In this document: positions 4,921-14,822 of the stretch, piece by piece
Layout of the letters: each line of letters begins with the position of its first letter
Position numbering within the stretch: the first letter of the stretch is position 1
NCBI GenBank assembly: GCA_014729725.1
Contig: WJJL01000045.1
Location: forward strand, 1-56,555
DNA length: 56,555 nucleotides
Reading direction: 5' to 3'
From: Candidatus Moraniibacteriota bacterium
GTDB taxonomy: Bacteria; Patescibacteriota; Minisyncoccia; CAIUEV01; JAHKAQ01
Made by a program: the position numbers and the translations under genes
Notes under the pieces: model-generated
What the model was told of the DNA's origin: nothing
The model's input: the letters and a program-made list of their open reading frames with translations, nothing else
Databases searched by the model: none

Positions 4921-5775
4921 TTAAGATTTTTCTACTAATTCATAAAAAGTTTCCCAGTCTTTTAAATTCAGTTCTTGAGCTCTGCTTGTTAAAGATTTAT
5001 TTGACTTATTAAGGAAAAATTTGGCTTTTTGTTGATAAATTTTGGAAACAGCGCCTAAATTATTAATTAAGGTTTTTCTGGGACTGGCAAAACCGATTTT
5101 TATTAATTTAAATAAATTTTGAATCCGGGGATCCTGATAATCCAGCTGTTTTTTGAGATTATAAAATCGAATTATCCCTGAATCAACTTTGGGTACAGGG
5201 TAAAAACATTGCTTTTTGACAGTTTGAACAAATTCCACATCATAAAAAAATTGCATCAGCAAAGCTAAAAAATTCATTTTAGGAGGTGTGGCGCAAATTT
5301 TTTTGCCCACCTCTTTTTGAAGCAAAAAAGTCATTGTTTGAGGTCTGTGGGTGATCTGTAAAAAATTTCTTAAAATCTTTTTGGAAATATTGTAAGGCAG
5401 GTTTGCAATTACTTTATAGTCAATTCCGCCGGGAGCTGATAATTGAAAAAAATTCTCCAAAACCGAATCCGGGTTAATTTTTAAAAAATCCTTTTGAATT
5501 AATTGAAGCGAGCGGTCTTTATATTTTTCGCTTAAATATTTATAATATTTTTTATCATATTCAATCGCCAAAACGGATTGAGTTTTTTTAATCAGTTTAT
5601 CCGTCAAAATTCCAAGACCCGGACCAATCTCTAAAACCTGATCATTTGAATCTAGATTGGAACTAGAAACAATTTTATTTAAAACTTCGGGGCATATTAA
5701 AAAATTTTGTCCCAAATTTTTTAAAGGCCTGGCCTGAATTTTTTTTAATTCTTGTTTAATTTGTTCAACTTGCAT
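4921..5775 (-). CDS. rsmA: 16S rRNA (adenine1518/1519-N6)-dimethyltransferase
   Basis: LKNLGQNFL and SAM motif VLEIGPGLGILT. 284 aa. Confidence 0.9.
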   Translation of the reverse strand: MQVEQIKQELKKIQARPLKNLGQNFLICPEVLNKIVSSSNLDSNDQVLEIGPGLGILTDKLIKKTQSVLAIEYDKKYYKYLSEKYKDRSLQLIQKDFLKINPDSVLENFFQLSAPGGIDYKVIANLPYNISKKILRNFLQITHRPQTMTFLLQKEVGKKICATPPKMNFLALLMQFFYDVEFVQTVKKQCFYPVPKVDSGIIRFYNLKKQLDYQDPRIQNLFKLIKIGFASPRKTLINNLGAVSKIYQQKAKFFLNKSNKSLTSRAQELNLKDWETFYELVEKS

Positions 5776-5958
5776 AAAAAAATTTGAGGAATTTAAAATT
5801 TAAACGCTTAACTAAATGAAATCTTTTAAAAAAATCCAAATTTTACAAAGAGTTTTGAATATGGGTCGAAAAACCGGCAGTGCTTTGTTCAAAAATTGAC
5901 TAAACGCATAAATCCTAAAATTGAAAAAACTATCCCAAAATGCAGCTTTCAACTTAAA

Positions 5959-6327
5959 TCAAAAAGCGCGTTTAATATGTTTTAAGACTGCCTTTTTCTT
6001 ATACATTTTTATTAAAATCACATCAAATCTATATTTCCCGTCAGGGTTAAGTTTAGATTGATAAATATATCTTTTGGCCATAAATCTTATTTTCCTCCTT
6101 TTAGTAACTGAAACAGAGGAGCTTATAGGCTCTAAATATCTTCTATTATTTAAACACCTGGATTTTACTTCTACAAAAACCGTACAGTCTTTTTCTCTGG
6201 CAATAATATCGATTTCCCCTTCCTTTTTTTGATAATTCAGTTTATCTATCTCAAATCCTTTTTTGATTAAATAAGCGACCGCTATTTTTTCCCCCGCTTT
6301 TCCTTCCTTTCTATTATTGAATTTCAT
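5959..6327 (-). CDS. YraN family (UPF0102) endonuclease-like protein
   Basis: GEKIAVAYLIKKGFEI...EGEIDIIARE...VFVEVKSR is the typical YraN pattern. Confidence 0.8.
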   Translation of the reverse strand: MKFNNRKEGKAGEKIAVAYLIKKGFEIDKLNYQKKEGEIDIIAREKDCTVFVEVKSRCLNNRRYLEPISSSVSVTKRRKIRFMAKRYIYQSKLNPDGKYRFDVILIKMYKKKAVLKHIKRAF

Positions 6328-6467
6328 AATTTATCTCCTACCTGCTTACTTTTGAATCTGAATAATAAGTGCGCTAATTATTTATTTGTCTCAAACAAAT
6401 AGCACCATAAACAAAATAACAGAAAATTATAAATTTTTTTTAAAAAAAAGATGAAATAAAAATCAAA

Positions 6468-7331
6468 TCAAGATTTTTTAGTTTTCTTTTTAACTTTCCA
6501 TCCTTTAAATTTCCAGAAATACTTAATCCCGGATAAAAAATGAATAAAAGTCATTTTATTGAAAATCAAGCTAAAAATACTTTTGGAAGCGCTCATCTTG
6601 GTATGATAATGAAACATTTTCGCTTTAGGGTGATAAACTATATCAAAACCGGACTCCCAAAAACGCCGGCACCAATCCACATCTTCAAAATACATAAAGT
6701 ATCTTTCATCCATTAAGCCAACTTTCTCCAAATTATCCCGACGAAGCATCATAGCCGAACCCATCAACCAGCCTTTAATTTTATTGGGCTTTTTATCATT
6801 GACTTTTACTTGAAATTTTTTTAGCGATTTTTTTCCAAAAAAACTTCTCCCTAAAAAAGTCCTTCTATAAACAATAGTCAAAGGAGTATAAAAATTAAAA
6901 GCCGAAACTTGACGGCTTCCGTTAAAATTTAATAATTTAGGGCCTAAAATACCCAAATTTTTATTTTTCAAAGCATATTTATATAAAATTTCTATAGAGT
7001 CTTTTTTGATTATAATATCCGGATTAAGGGAAAGAATAATAAAACCCCCGGATTTTTTAATGCCATAATTTAAGGCTTTGGCAAAACCTACATTGTTTTT
7101 TAACGGAATATACCTGAATTCAGAAAAATCTTCCAACACCAAATCGCGATTTTTCTCATTGGCTTCAATATCTATAACCAAAACTTCAAATTTAAAATTC
7201 CCGGAAAATTTTTCTTTTATGGCCTCCAGGCAAAGTTTTAAGATAGGAGTATTTTTGTAAGCGCAAATTATTATGGAGATGTTTAGCTTATTTTTTTTAT
7301 TGAGATTGGTCATCCCCGTTTTCTTCTTCAT
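6468..7331 (-). CDS. Glycosyltransferase family 2
   Basis: ISIIICAYKN start, internal DxD-like region (YFEDVDW). 287 aa. The start may instead be the internal Met at 7313. Overlaps the upstream LCP gene. Confidence 0.75.
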   Translation of the reverse strand: MKKKTGMTNLNKKNKLNISIIICAYKNTPILKLCLEAIKEKFSGNFKFEVLVIDIEANEKNRDLVLEDFSEFRYIPLKNNVGFAKALNYGIKKSGGFIILSLNPDIIIKKDSIEILYKYALKNKNLGILGPKLLNFNGSRQVSAFNFYTPLTIVYRRTFLGRSFFGKKSLKKFQVKVNDKKPNKIKGWLMGSAMMLRRDNLEKVGLMDERYFMYFEDVDWCRRFWESGFDIVYHPKAKMFHYHTKMSASKSIFSLIFNKMTFIHFLSGIKYFWKFKGWKVKKKTKKS

Positions 7332-8595
7332 CTAAATTTTGCTCAAAAATTGTTCTACATTGTTGATGAATTCTATCAAAATTATCTCCTTTGGGAAGTA
7401 AAATATAAGAACCATTATTCCCGGAATAAAGAAGACCGTCTTTTGAGTTATCCAATACCATTCTGGTTATTTCAGGATTTTCCATCTTTTTAAAAATATC
7501 ATAAAGTTTTTCAATTTCTCCCATTTTCATATCGGTCTTAATATTATTCCCCACCACTGATATCATCTCATTAACTTTTCCAAAATCCGATAAAGTGCCC
7601 TTGCTAATAGCTTTAGATTTTATAGCCAAAAGTACCTGTTGTTGTCTCCTGGCTCTGTCAAAATCAGAAGAAGCAAACCTGGCCCTTGAATAACACAAGG
7701 CTTCTTCTCCATCCAGATTAACATCGCCTGCCGGCAAACTGAATTCACCCCCGCACTCCTGGCCCTCGACAAATTGCTCGCCTTCATAAAAAGGCTTTTC
7801 AAGATGAACCGTGATACCGTCGAGAACATCAACAATTTCCCTAAGAGCATTAAAATTAGTGGCAACTCCATAATGAATGGGCAAACCAGTCACATCGCTC
7901 ACTGCTTCCTTCATAAGTTTGAGCCCTCCCCCCTCTTCTTCTCCTTCTCCGATAGGATAAACTTCATTTATTTTTCTGGAATAGTTTTTGCCCGGAATTT
8001 CCACATAAAGATCCCGGGGAATGGAAATTAAAGCGGCTCTGTTCTCTTGAGGCCTAATAGCCACCACCATAATGGAATCGGCCAAAAGACTGCCTCCGGG
8101 AATATTCTGACCTCTCATCCCCGCTACCACAATATTAACTTGACCGTCGGCCATAGCGTCTAAATCTCCAAACCAGCCCCCAAACAAACTCCCTCTTTGA
8201 GTGGAAATACTGCCGGCTATACTGTTAATCTTAAAAATAATCACCAACCCCACAATTATTCCAAATAAAAAAACCAGGCCAAAAACTTTTTTAAATTTTT
8301 TACTTTTAGAATTAAATAATTCCTTGGGATCTTCTTGATCTTTATTTTTGTTTTTCATAAAAATTTTACTTAAAAAACCTTTTTTAGTTTGATGTTTTTC
8401 TTCATCTTGTTCTTCCGTTGTTTCTTCTGTATCTTCTTCTTCCTGTTCTAAATCTTCCTGATCTGATTTTTGGTCTTTATCAGAATCAGAAATTTCTTTG
8501 GAAGGAGTTTTTTTGTTCTTTACCTTGACTCCAAATTGAGAAATTTTTTCCTCGATTTCTTCATCTTCTTTGGAGCCTGCTCTAAAATAGGGCAT
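7297..8595 (-). CDS. LytR-CpsA-Psr (LCP) family protein with acidic N-terminal tail
   Basis: One TM segment followed by LISIPRDLYVEIPG...INEVY, the core LCP motif. The N-terminus is D/E/K-rich low complexity. Confidence 0.8.
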   Translation of the reverse strand: MPYFRAGSKEDEEIEEKISQFGVKVKNKKTPSKEISDSDKDQKSDQEDLEQEEEDTEETTEEQDEEKHQTKKGFLSKIFMKNKNKDQEDPKELFNSKSKKFKKVFGLVFLFGIIVGLVIIFKINSIAGSISTQRGSLFGGWFGDLDAMADGQVNIVVAGMRGQNIPGGSLLADSIMVVAIRPQENRAALISIPRDLYVEIPGKNYSRKINEVYPIGEGEEEGGGLKLMKEAVSDVTGLPIHYGVATNFNALREIVDVLDGITVHLEKPFYEGEQFVEGQECGGEFSLPAGDVNLDGEEALCYSRARFASSDFDRARRQQQVLLAIKSKAISKGTLSDFGKVNEMISVVGNNIKTDMKMGEIEKLYDIFKKMENPEITRMVLDNSKDGLLYSGNNGSYILLPKGDNFDRIHQQCRTIFEQNLDEEENGDDQSQ

Positions 8596-8678
8596 ATTAT
8601 AATTTTAGAAATTAATTTTTTATTTTTAAAAATCTTCCTTTAATTAACGGGAAGAAAAATAAATTAACTACTGCGATT

Positions 8679-9596
8679 TTATTTTTTAAAAAAAATCACT
8701 CGCCTTGTACTATTTTTCAAAGCTTCTTTAATAAAAGCCGCTCCAAGCCTTAAAATAAAAATCATAAAAACTTCGACCTTAATTAAAAGCACAAAAACAA
8801 TATTGTCTTTAGAATAGTGCTTAGTTAAAAAATAGTAAAGACCTTTTGTCCAAGCCTTTATTCTTTTAACTTCTTTCCAGGTCCTGGCGCTTTTGCCGTG
8901 AAAATGAATAACTTTTATTTTGGGAATAAACAAATGTTTGAAATTCTTTTTGTGAATTCTATAACTTAAATCCGCATCGTTAAAATATAAAAAAAACTCC
9001 TTGCTCTGATCAAAACCGTTTATCTCTCGAATTATTTGAGTTTTTATCATTAAACACGAGGCCATGGGCTGATCAACAAACTGCTTTTTATCATAACTAT
9101 AATAATTTTCATGCCAGCGGCCGCCTGTCAAAATATCCCACAAAACATTAAAAGGCGTTGGAAAAGGCCTAAGACTTTTTTGCAAGTTCCCGTTTGGATA
9201 GACCAATTTGGGAGCTACGGCGCCCACTTGCTTTTTGGCTTTTTCAAAAGCCTCTATCATCTTTGATAAAACCCCGTCTTTAACTATTATATCCTGATTT
9301 AAAAATAAAATATATTTTCCTGTTGCTTTTTTAATACCTTGATTATTAGCTTTGGGAAAGCCGAGGTTTTTTTGATTTTGAATTAATTTAATAAACTTTT
9401 TTCCAAACTTGTTCTGTTTTTGATTGATGATCTCTATTGTCGAATCTCTTGAAGCGTTGTCGACAATTATCAATTCAAAAAAAACATTTTTTTGTTTCAA
9501 CAGCGAATCAAGGCATTTTTTTATCACTTTTTCACCATTCCAGGAAACTATAATTATCGATAAAATCGGCTTTTTATCTGGATTGTTGGAATTCAT
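8679..9596 (-). CDS. Glycosyltransferase family 2 with C-terminal TM segment
   Basis: LSIIIVSWNG...IIVDNASRDST...NLGFPKANNQG. Confidence 0.8.
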   Translation of the reverse strand: MNSNNPDKKPILSIIIVSWNGEKVIKKCLDSLLKQKNVFFELIIVDNASRDSTIEIINQKQNKFGKKFIKLIQNQKNLGFPKANNQGIKKATGKYILFLNQDIIVKDGVLSKMIEAFEKAKKQVGAVAPKLVYPNGNLQKSLRPFPTPFNVLWDILTGGRWHENYYSYDKKQFVDQPMASCLMIKTQIIREINGFDQSKEFFLYFNDADLSYRIHKKNFKHLFIPKIKVIHFHGKSARTWKEVKRIKAWTKGLYYFLTKHYSKDNIVFVLLIKVEVFMIFILRLGAAFIKEALKNSTRRVIFFKK

Positions 9597-9685
9597 ATTT
9601 TTTTGTATAATTTACTTTACGATTCTTTTGTCAGCATTTAAAATTACAGCTGGTTTTAAATATATATTAAAAATAAAAAAATAAA

Positions 9686-9964
9686 ATGCAAATACTTCCC
9701 CTTGAAAACCCGACCACCTTAATTATTATTCTTGTAATAATCACTTTATGGAACATCCCCTGGAAGGCTATGGCTCTTTGGAAAAGCGCCAGAAAAGGTC
9801 AGATTGGTTGGTTTATCTTTTTTCTTCTTGTTAATTCCATTGGCATTGCGGAGATTATTTATTTATATTTATTGGCCAAAGTACGAGTAAAAAATTTGGA
9901 AATGAATCCGCCCAAAAAAAACAAAGGGAATTCAAAATATATTCGAAGAGACAAAATAGTTTAA
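9686..9964 (+). CDS. Small membrane protein (DUF5652-like)
   Basis: 92 aa with two hydrophobic helices. ALWKSARKGQIGWFIFFLLVNSIGIAEIIYL resembles that family from memory. Confidence 0.45.
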   Translation: MQILPLENPTTLIIILVIITLWNIPWKAMALWKSARKGQIGWFIFFLLVNSIGIAEIIYLYLLAKVRVKNLEMNPPKKNKGNSKYIRRDKIV

Positions 9965-9977
9965 AGCCCCTAAATTT

Positions 9978-11516
9978 TTAATTATTTCTAATAAATCTTT
10001 TTCTATTTTTTTTGGATTTTTTCATAAAAACCTGCTTCATCTTAGAAAAATCCTTCATATTTACCTCTTTTAACAAAAACAAAATTATAAAATAAATCAC
10101 AAAAAACAAAACCGCATAAGGAATAAAGCTTAAATTAGGAAAGTCATTAATTATCAATTCTTTCCTGAGCTGCCAATTAGGAAGAAGGACTTTATAAAAA
10201 AGAACCGATACCGCAGCCGCCCCTACAAAGGATCTAAAAATGGTAAGATAATTTATAAAATTGCCAAATATTCTTTGAGTATAAAAAATCGAAATAGTCA
10301 TTAATAAAAAAGCGGTTGGAATAATGGAAATAGCGGCTCCTAAAATTCCAAATCTGGGTATTAAAATATAATTAAGTCCCACATTTATAACAACCCCGAT
10401 CCAGGTTAGATAAATAGAAGTTCTAACATTATTGGAGCCGTTTAAAATAAAACTGCAGATATAATAAACAGTAAAAGCCCCGATACCTACAACATAAAAT
10501 TTTAAAGCAAAATTTCCAGGGGAATAATCGGAAGAATACAGCAGCCGGATTATCTGATCGGAAAAAATAATAACGCTTGCCACAGCCGGAAACAACAGAA
10601 TAAAAATATAGCGCATTGATTGACGAATCACCTCTTGAGCCACCTTTACGGTCTTTTTTTCCAAAATGTTGGAGATGGTGGGAAGCAATAAAATGGCAAA
10701 ATTAGAGAAAAAATAGAAAGGAATTTGTCCAATCACCATTACCGTATTATAAATTCCCGCCCAGTAATCTTCACCCGTAATCTTTTTCACCAAAAAAATC
10801 CCTGCGTTATTCAACAGCTGATAGGCTACCATAAAAATTACTATCTCTATTCCAAAACTAAGAATTACTTTTAAAGGAAAGTTGCCTTTTTGGACTAGAT
10901 CAGGATCTTTTTTCCTGTATTTATCAACGGTAAAAGAATAAAGAAAAACAAAAATGGGAGCTAAAATATAACCGATAATCGCCCCGGTTACGCCAAAAAA
11001 ATAAGCTAAACTAACGATTGCCGAAACTCTGGCGATAGATCTGATAGTTCTTTGAGTGGCTTGCAAGCCGAACTTTTTCAAACCGTTAAAATAATTATTA
11101 TAAAAACTGGCACTGGCAAAAGCGGGGATAATCAAGGTGGAAAGTTTAATATAGGGAATTAAACTCTTATCTTCCAAAAATCCGGCAATTAAGGAAGCGG
11201 AAAAATAATAAATAATGGAAATCACAATAATCAAAAGCAGCTGGGCCAGAGCCGCTTTTTTTTTGATAATTTTTTCTTTTTCAGGGTATTGGGAAATATA
11301 TTTGGACAAAGCCTTGGGTACTCCATCGCCGACAAAAAAAATCACTGTCATAGCCAAACTTACGATTATGCTATAACGCCCATAATCCGATGGATCAAGC
11401 ATTCTTCCCAGGGAAGAATGAATTATATACCCGGAAGCGATAAAAAAAATCTCGGCAATGTTTATTATTATAAAAGACCGAACTAAGGACATTTTAAATA
11501 AATAATTATTAATCAA
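9978..11516 (-). CDS. Polysaccharide/oligosaccharide flippase (MOP superfamily, Wzx/MurJ-like)
   Basis: 512 aa, about 12-14 TM helices, in a glycosyltransferase neighbourhood. Confidence 0.6.
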   Translation of the reverse strand: MINNYLFKMSLVRSFIIINIAEIFFIASGYIIHSSLGRMLDPSDYGRYSIIVSLAMTVIFFVGDGVPKALSKYISQYPEKEKIIKKKAALAQLLLIIVISIIYYFSASLIAGFLEDKSLIPYIKLSTLIIPAFASASFYNNYFNGLKKFGLQATQRTIRSIARVSAIVSLAYFFGVTGAIIGYILAPIFVFLYSFTVDKYRKKDPDLVQKGNFPLKVILSFGIEIVIFMVAYQLLNNAGIFLVKKITGEDYWAGIYNTVMVIGQIPFYFFSNFAILLLPTISNILEKKTVKVAQEVIRQSMRYIFILLFPAVASVIIFSDQIIRLLYSSDYSPGNFALKFYVVGIGAFTVYYICSFILNGSNNVRTSIYLTWIGVVINVGLNYILIPRFGILGAAISIIPTAFLLMTISIFYTQRIFGNFINYLTIFRSFVGAAAVSVLFYKVLLPNWQLRKELIINDFPNLSFIPYAVLFFVIYFIILFLLKEVNMKDFSKMKQVFMKKSKKNRKRFIRNN

Positions 11517-11617
11517 CCAAAATCTCCTAGTAGAACATTTTTATTTTTTGAAATACTGGGACATTTCTAAATTGGCTTGACATTTAAACACAAACAACCA
11601 ATTAACTAAAAAACAAT

Positions 11618-12205
11618 TTAACTTAATTTTTCAAATTTTTTTCTAATTATATTTTTTACGATTTCTTTATCTTTGGTGGAATCAACTTGAAAAAAATTCA
11701 ATTCTTTCTTTAACTGTTCAAAATATTTAAATTTTTTTTTCAAATATTTTGCGCCCTGCTCGTTTTTTCTTTTATCCGCTTCCTTATAATCAAGTCTTAA
11801 ATAAACCGCTAAATCCGGCTTGGGAATTAAGCTTTTTAAAAAAGGCTGGATTTGGGCTTTATTTCTGTTTTCCAAATAATAAATATTTAAAAGATAATCA
11901 AAAAAATATCTGTCAAAAATCAAAACATCGAATTTCTTTTTCTTAAAAAAAAGAAAAATTTTAAAAATAACTATATCTATTAATAAAGCTATTTTTCGAA
12001 GAAATATTTTAAAAATACAAGCCTTTTTCACCGATTGGTCCTTTTTGGGATTTTTCTTTTTTTTAAGAATTCTGTTGGCCAGAGAATTTTCAATAATATG
12101 AATCTTTTTATACTTAAAATTATTTTTTTCTAAATATTTTTGAAAAAATTTAATCTGAGTAGTCTTTCCACTACCATCCAGGCCAGAAAAAGTAATTATT
12201 TTCAT
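11618..12205 (-). CDS. Thymidylate kinase-like P-loop kinase
   Basis: MKIITFSGLDGSGKTTQ P-loop and DRYFFD. Contains an unusual basic/hydrophobic insert. Confidence 0.55.
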   Translation of the reverse strand: MKIITFSGLDGSGKTTQIKFFQKYLEKNNFKYKKIHIIENSLANRILKKKKNPKKDQSVKKACIFKIFLRKIALLIDIVIFKIFLFFKKKKFDVLIFDRYFFDYLLNIYYLENRNKAQIQPFLKSLIPKPDLAVYLRLDYKEADKRKNEQGAKYLKKKFKYFEQLKKELNFFQVDSTKDKEIVKNIIRKKFEKLS

Positions 12206-12406
12206 TAAAATTAGTTAAGCTTTATTTTTGCAAGCTTTTTTCTGATTTTTAATTATAACAAAAATAAATTTAAAATTGCAATTAAAAGGCAAGCTTGATA
12301 TTATACACTAATAAACAGTATTGTTTGTTTGATATTTATCTGGACGCCACTGCCCCCCCCTAGGAAAGGTGCTTTTAAAAACAATACTTAATCCAATTAA
12401 GCAACT

Positions 12407-13105
12407 ATGAATAAAAAAACAAAACTAGCGGTTTTTGATATAGACGGAACTATTTTTCGAAGCAATTTACATTTTGAATTACTGGATGGACTGGCTTACA
12501 AGGGTGTTTTTGAAAAAAAAGCGCTTCTTCGAGTCATTAAAAGCTACAGAGACTGGCTGGATAACTTGGGAACTTATGAGAAATACAAAGAGGAACTTGT
12601 AAAAACTTACAGTCAGCAATTAAAAGGCAAAAATAAAGACGCCATAATCAAAATAGCGGGAAAAGTGGTGGATTTTTACCGAAACAGAAAATTCATTTAC
12701 ACCACTAAATTAATTAAAAAACTTCGAAAAGATCACATGCTGTTGGCAATTTCCGGTTCGCCCATTGAAATTGTCAGACAATACAATAAATATCTTAAAT
12801 TCGATGATGTTTTCGGAACTGTTTACGAAATTGATAAAAATCGTAATTATACAGGTAAGGAAGTTTACACTCCTGTTGATAACAAATCTAGAGTGTTAAA
12901 AAGATATGTGGCAGAAAAAGGAATTAGTCTGAAAGGCTCCACCGGCGTTGGAGACACCGCTTCAGATATAACCGCTTTGGAACTGGTGGAAAATCCCATA
13001 GCTTTCAATCCTGATTTGAATTTATATAAACATGCTCAAAAAAAGAAATGGAAAATTGTTGTGGAAAGAAAAGATGTTATTTATAAGATACCTCTAAAAA
13101 AATAA
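12407..13105 (+). CDS. HAD-IB family hydrolase (phosphoserine phosphatase-like)
   Basis: LAVFDIDGTIF motif I and GVGDTASD motif IV. Confidence 0.8.
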   Translation: MNKKTKLAVFDIDGTIFRSNLHFELLDGLAYKGVFEKKALLRVIKSYRDWLDNLGTYEKYKEELVKTYSQQLKGKNKDAIIKIAGKVVDFYRNRKFIYTTKLIKKLRKDHMLLAISGSPIEIVRQYNKYLKFDDVFGTVYEIDKNRNYTGKEVYTPVDNKSRVLKRYVAEKGISLKGSTGVGDTASDITALELVENPIAFNPDLNLYKHAQKKKWKIVVERKDVIYKIPLKK

Positions 13106-13113
13106 ATAAAACT

Positions 13114-13257
13114 ATGCTTGATCCCGATAAAAATAAGATACCTATAAATATTTTTTTTGATAAATTTTGGAGGAAAACCTGGTTTTTATGGCAACCTTTT
13201 GTTACGCTTACAAAGCAATTGGCTTTTTATTTGGAAGATAGAAAAAGAAAAAAATAA
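13114..13257 (+). CDS. Possible unannotated 47-aa small ORF
   Basis: ATG at 13114 to TAA at 13255-13257 (MLDPDKNKIPINIFFDKFWRKTWFLWQPFVTLTKQLAFYLEDRKRKK). Fills the gap between two plus-strand genes. No other support. Confidence 0.2.
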   Translation: MLDPDKNKIPINIFFDKFWRKTWFLWQPFVTLTKQLAFYLEDRKRKK

Positions 13258-13260
13258 TTA

Positions 13261-14424
13261 ATGAAGAAGAAATATTTACTATATTCCACCGCGTCTTTGA
13301 TCGGTTATATCATTGGAGCGGGTATTTTTGGTCTTCCTTTTGCGATACAGCGCCTGGGATTTTTTCCGGGTGTTGTTTTGTTTGGCCTGCTCACCCTAAC
13401 AACGGCGCTGAATTGTTTAAGTTTGGGAGAAATTATTCTTCGCACCAAAGGACTAAATTACTTCCCCAATCTTGTTGGATTTTATTTGGGAAAAAAGGGT
13501 AAATTGTTTGAATTCATAGCCTTAATTGTTAGCGGTTTCGGATCAATTTTAGCCTACTATATTCTGGGGGGAGCTTTCTTAAATTCTCTTTTTGGAAATC
13601 TCTTGTCTAAGATGACTCCTGTTTTAAACAATAATAAAGAGCTATTTTTTATTATTATTTTTATTTTAATCGGGGCCCTCTTTATTTGGAGAGGCATTGA
13701 AGAGCTTGGAAAAGTTGAATTGATTATGTCTTTGATTCTAGGGTTAATTATTTTAGTGGTAAGCTGGAAAAGTTTTCATAAAATTAATTTGAATAATTAT
13801 TTTGATTACAATTTTGATCAATTATTACCGGCTATCGGAGTAAGTTTATTTGCTTTGGACGGAATAGGCGGTATTTTTATTTTAAGAAACATTCTGTTTA
13901 AAAAAGAAAAACTTCTTGAAAAATCCATCCTTATTTCTTACATAACAGTTTTTATTTTATCCATAATTTTTTGCGGCTCTTTAGTCGGGGTTTTCGGCGC
14001 CTCAATTGATCCGGCCGGGGTGATCGGAATCGGATCAAAATTGGGAGTAAGTATTGAAAAGGGAGCCACTTTTTTTGGATTTTTGGCTGTACTTTCCTCT
14101 TTCATTGTAGTCGGCTCCTCTTTAAAAAACACTTTTATATTCGATTTTAAATTTCCCGCCTTTTATTCTTGGGTAGTGGTCTGGATATTCCCGTTGATTT
14201 TTTATATAATAGGAATGGATAATTTTATCTTATTAATTTCTTTAATTGGCGCTTTTTTTGGAGTTGTAAATACGGTTTTAATTACGATTTTATTAAAAAA
14301 AGCCCGGGAAAAAGGAAACAGAAACCCTGAATTTCAAATAAAAACTCCTTATTGGATCAATCTGGTTATTATCATTTTTTATATATTTGGTTTGTTAAGC
14401 GAAATAAATATCTTTTTAAATTAG
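13261..14424 (+). CDS. Amino acid permease-like transporter (aromatic amino acid/Trp-Tyr permease-like)
   Basis: 387 aa, about 11 TM. N-terminal LIGYIIGAGIFGLPFA. Confidence 0.55.
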   Translation: MKKKYLLYSTASLIGYIIGAGIFGLPFAIQRLGFFPGVVLFGLLTLTTALNCLSLGEIILRTKGLNYFPNLVGFYLGKKGKLFEFIALIVSGFGSILAYYILGGAFLNSLFGNLLSKMTPVLNNNKELFFIIIFILIGALFIWRGIEELGKVELIMSLILGLIILVVSWKSFHKINLNNYFDYNFDQLLPAIGVSLFALDGIGGIFILRNILFKKEKLLEKSILISYITVFILSIIFCGSLVGVFGASIDPAGVIGIGSKLGVSIEKGATFFGFLAVLSSFIVVGSSLKNTFIFDFKFPAFYSWVVVWIFPLIFYIIGMDNFILLISLIGAFFGVVNTVLITILLKKAREKGNRNPEFQIKTPYWINLVIIIFYIFGLLSEINIFLN

Positions 14425-14431
14425 AAATTAA

Positions 14432-14806
14432 ATGATTAAAGCCATTCCCTTTTTTATTAAATCCATTACTTTAAACATTTCCGCCTGGTCGGTAGAGCTG
14501 CTTTATTTTTGGTTAATCAAAGCTCCTGTTAATTTTTGGAGGATTGCTCTTAGGATGAATCTGGCTTTTGAAAGTCAATGGGCCACTTATATAACTTTTA
14601 GAAACCTGTTTGCTCCTCTTTATCAAGATTATTCAATTATCGGCAGAATTATTGGACCGATTTTTAGAATTATTAGAATATTTTTTGGTCTTATCTGTCA
14701 CTTAATTCTTTTTATAACCGAAATTATCGCTTTTGCCGTTTTTTGCTTAATATTTGAAGCCGCTCCGGTTTGGTTTATAGTCAATTTGTTTATTTGGAAT
14801 CAATAA
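14432..14806 (+). CDS. Hypothetical membrane protein
   Basis: 124 aa, hydrophobic, tightly packed between the permease and the Clp-like gene. Confidence 0.45.
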   Translation: MIKAIPFFIKSITLNISAWSVELLYFWLIKAPVNFWRIALRMNLAFESQWATYITFRNLFAPLYQDYSIIGRIIGPIFRIIRIFFGLICHLILFITEIIAFAVFCLIFEAAPVWFIVNLFIWNQ

Positions 14807-14822
14807 ATTTATTTATTCGCTT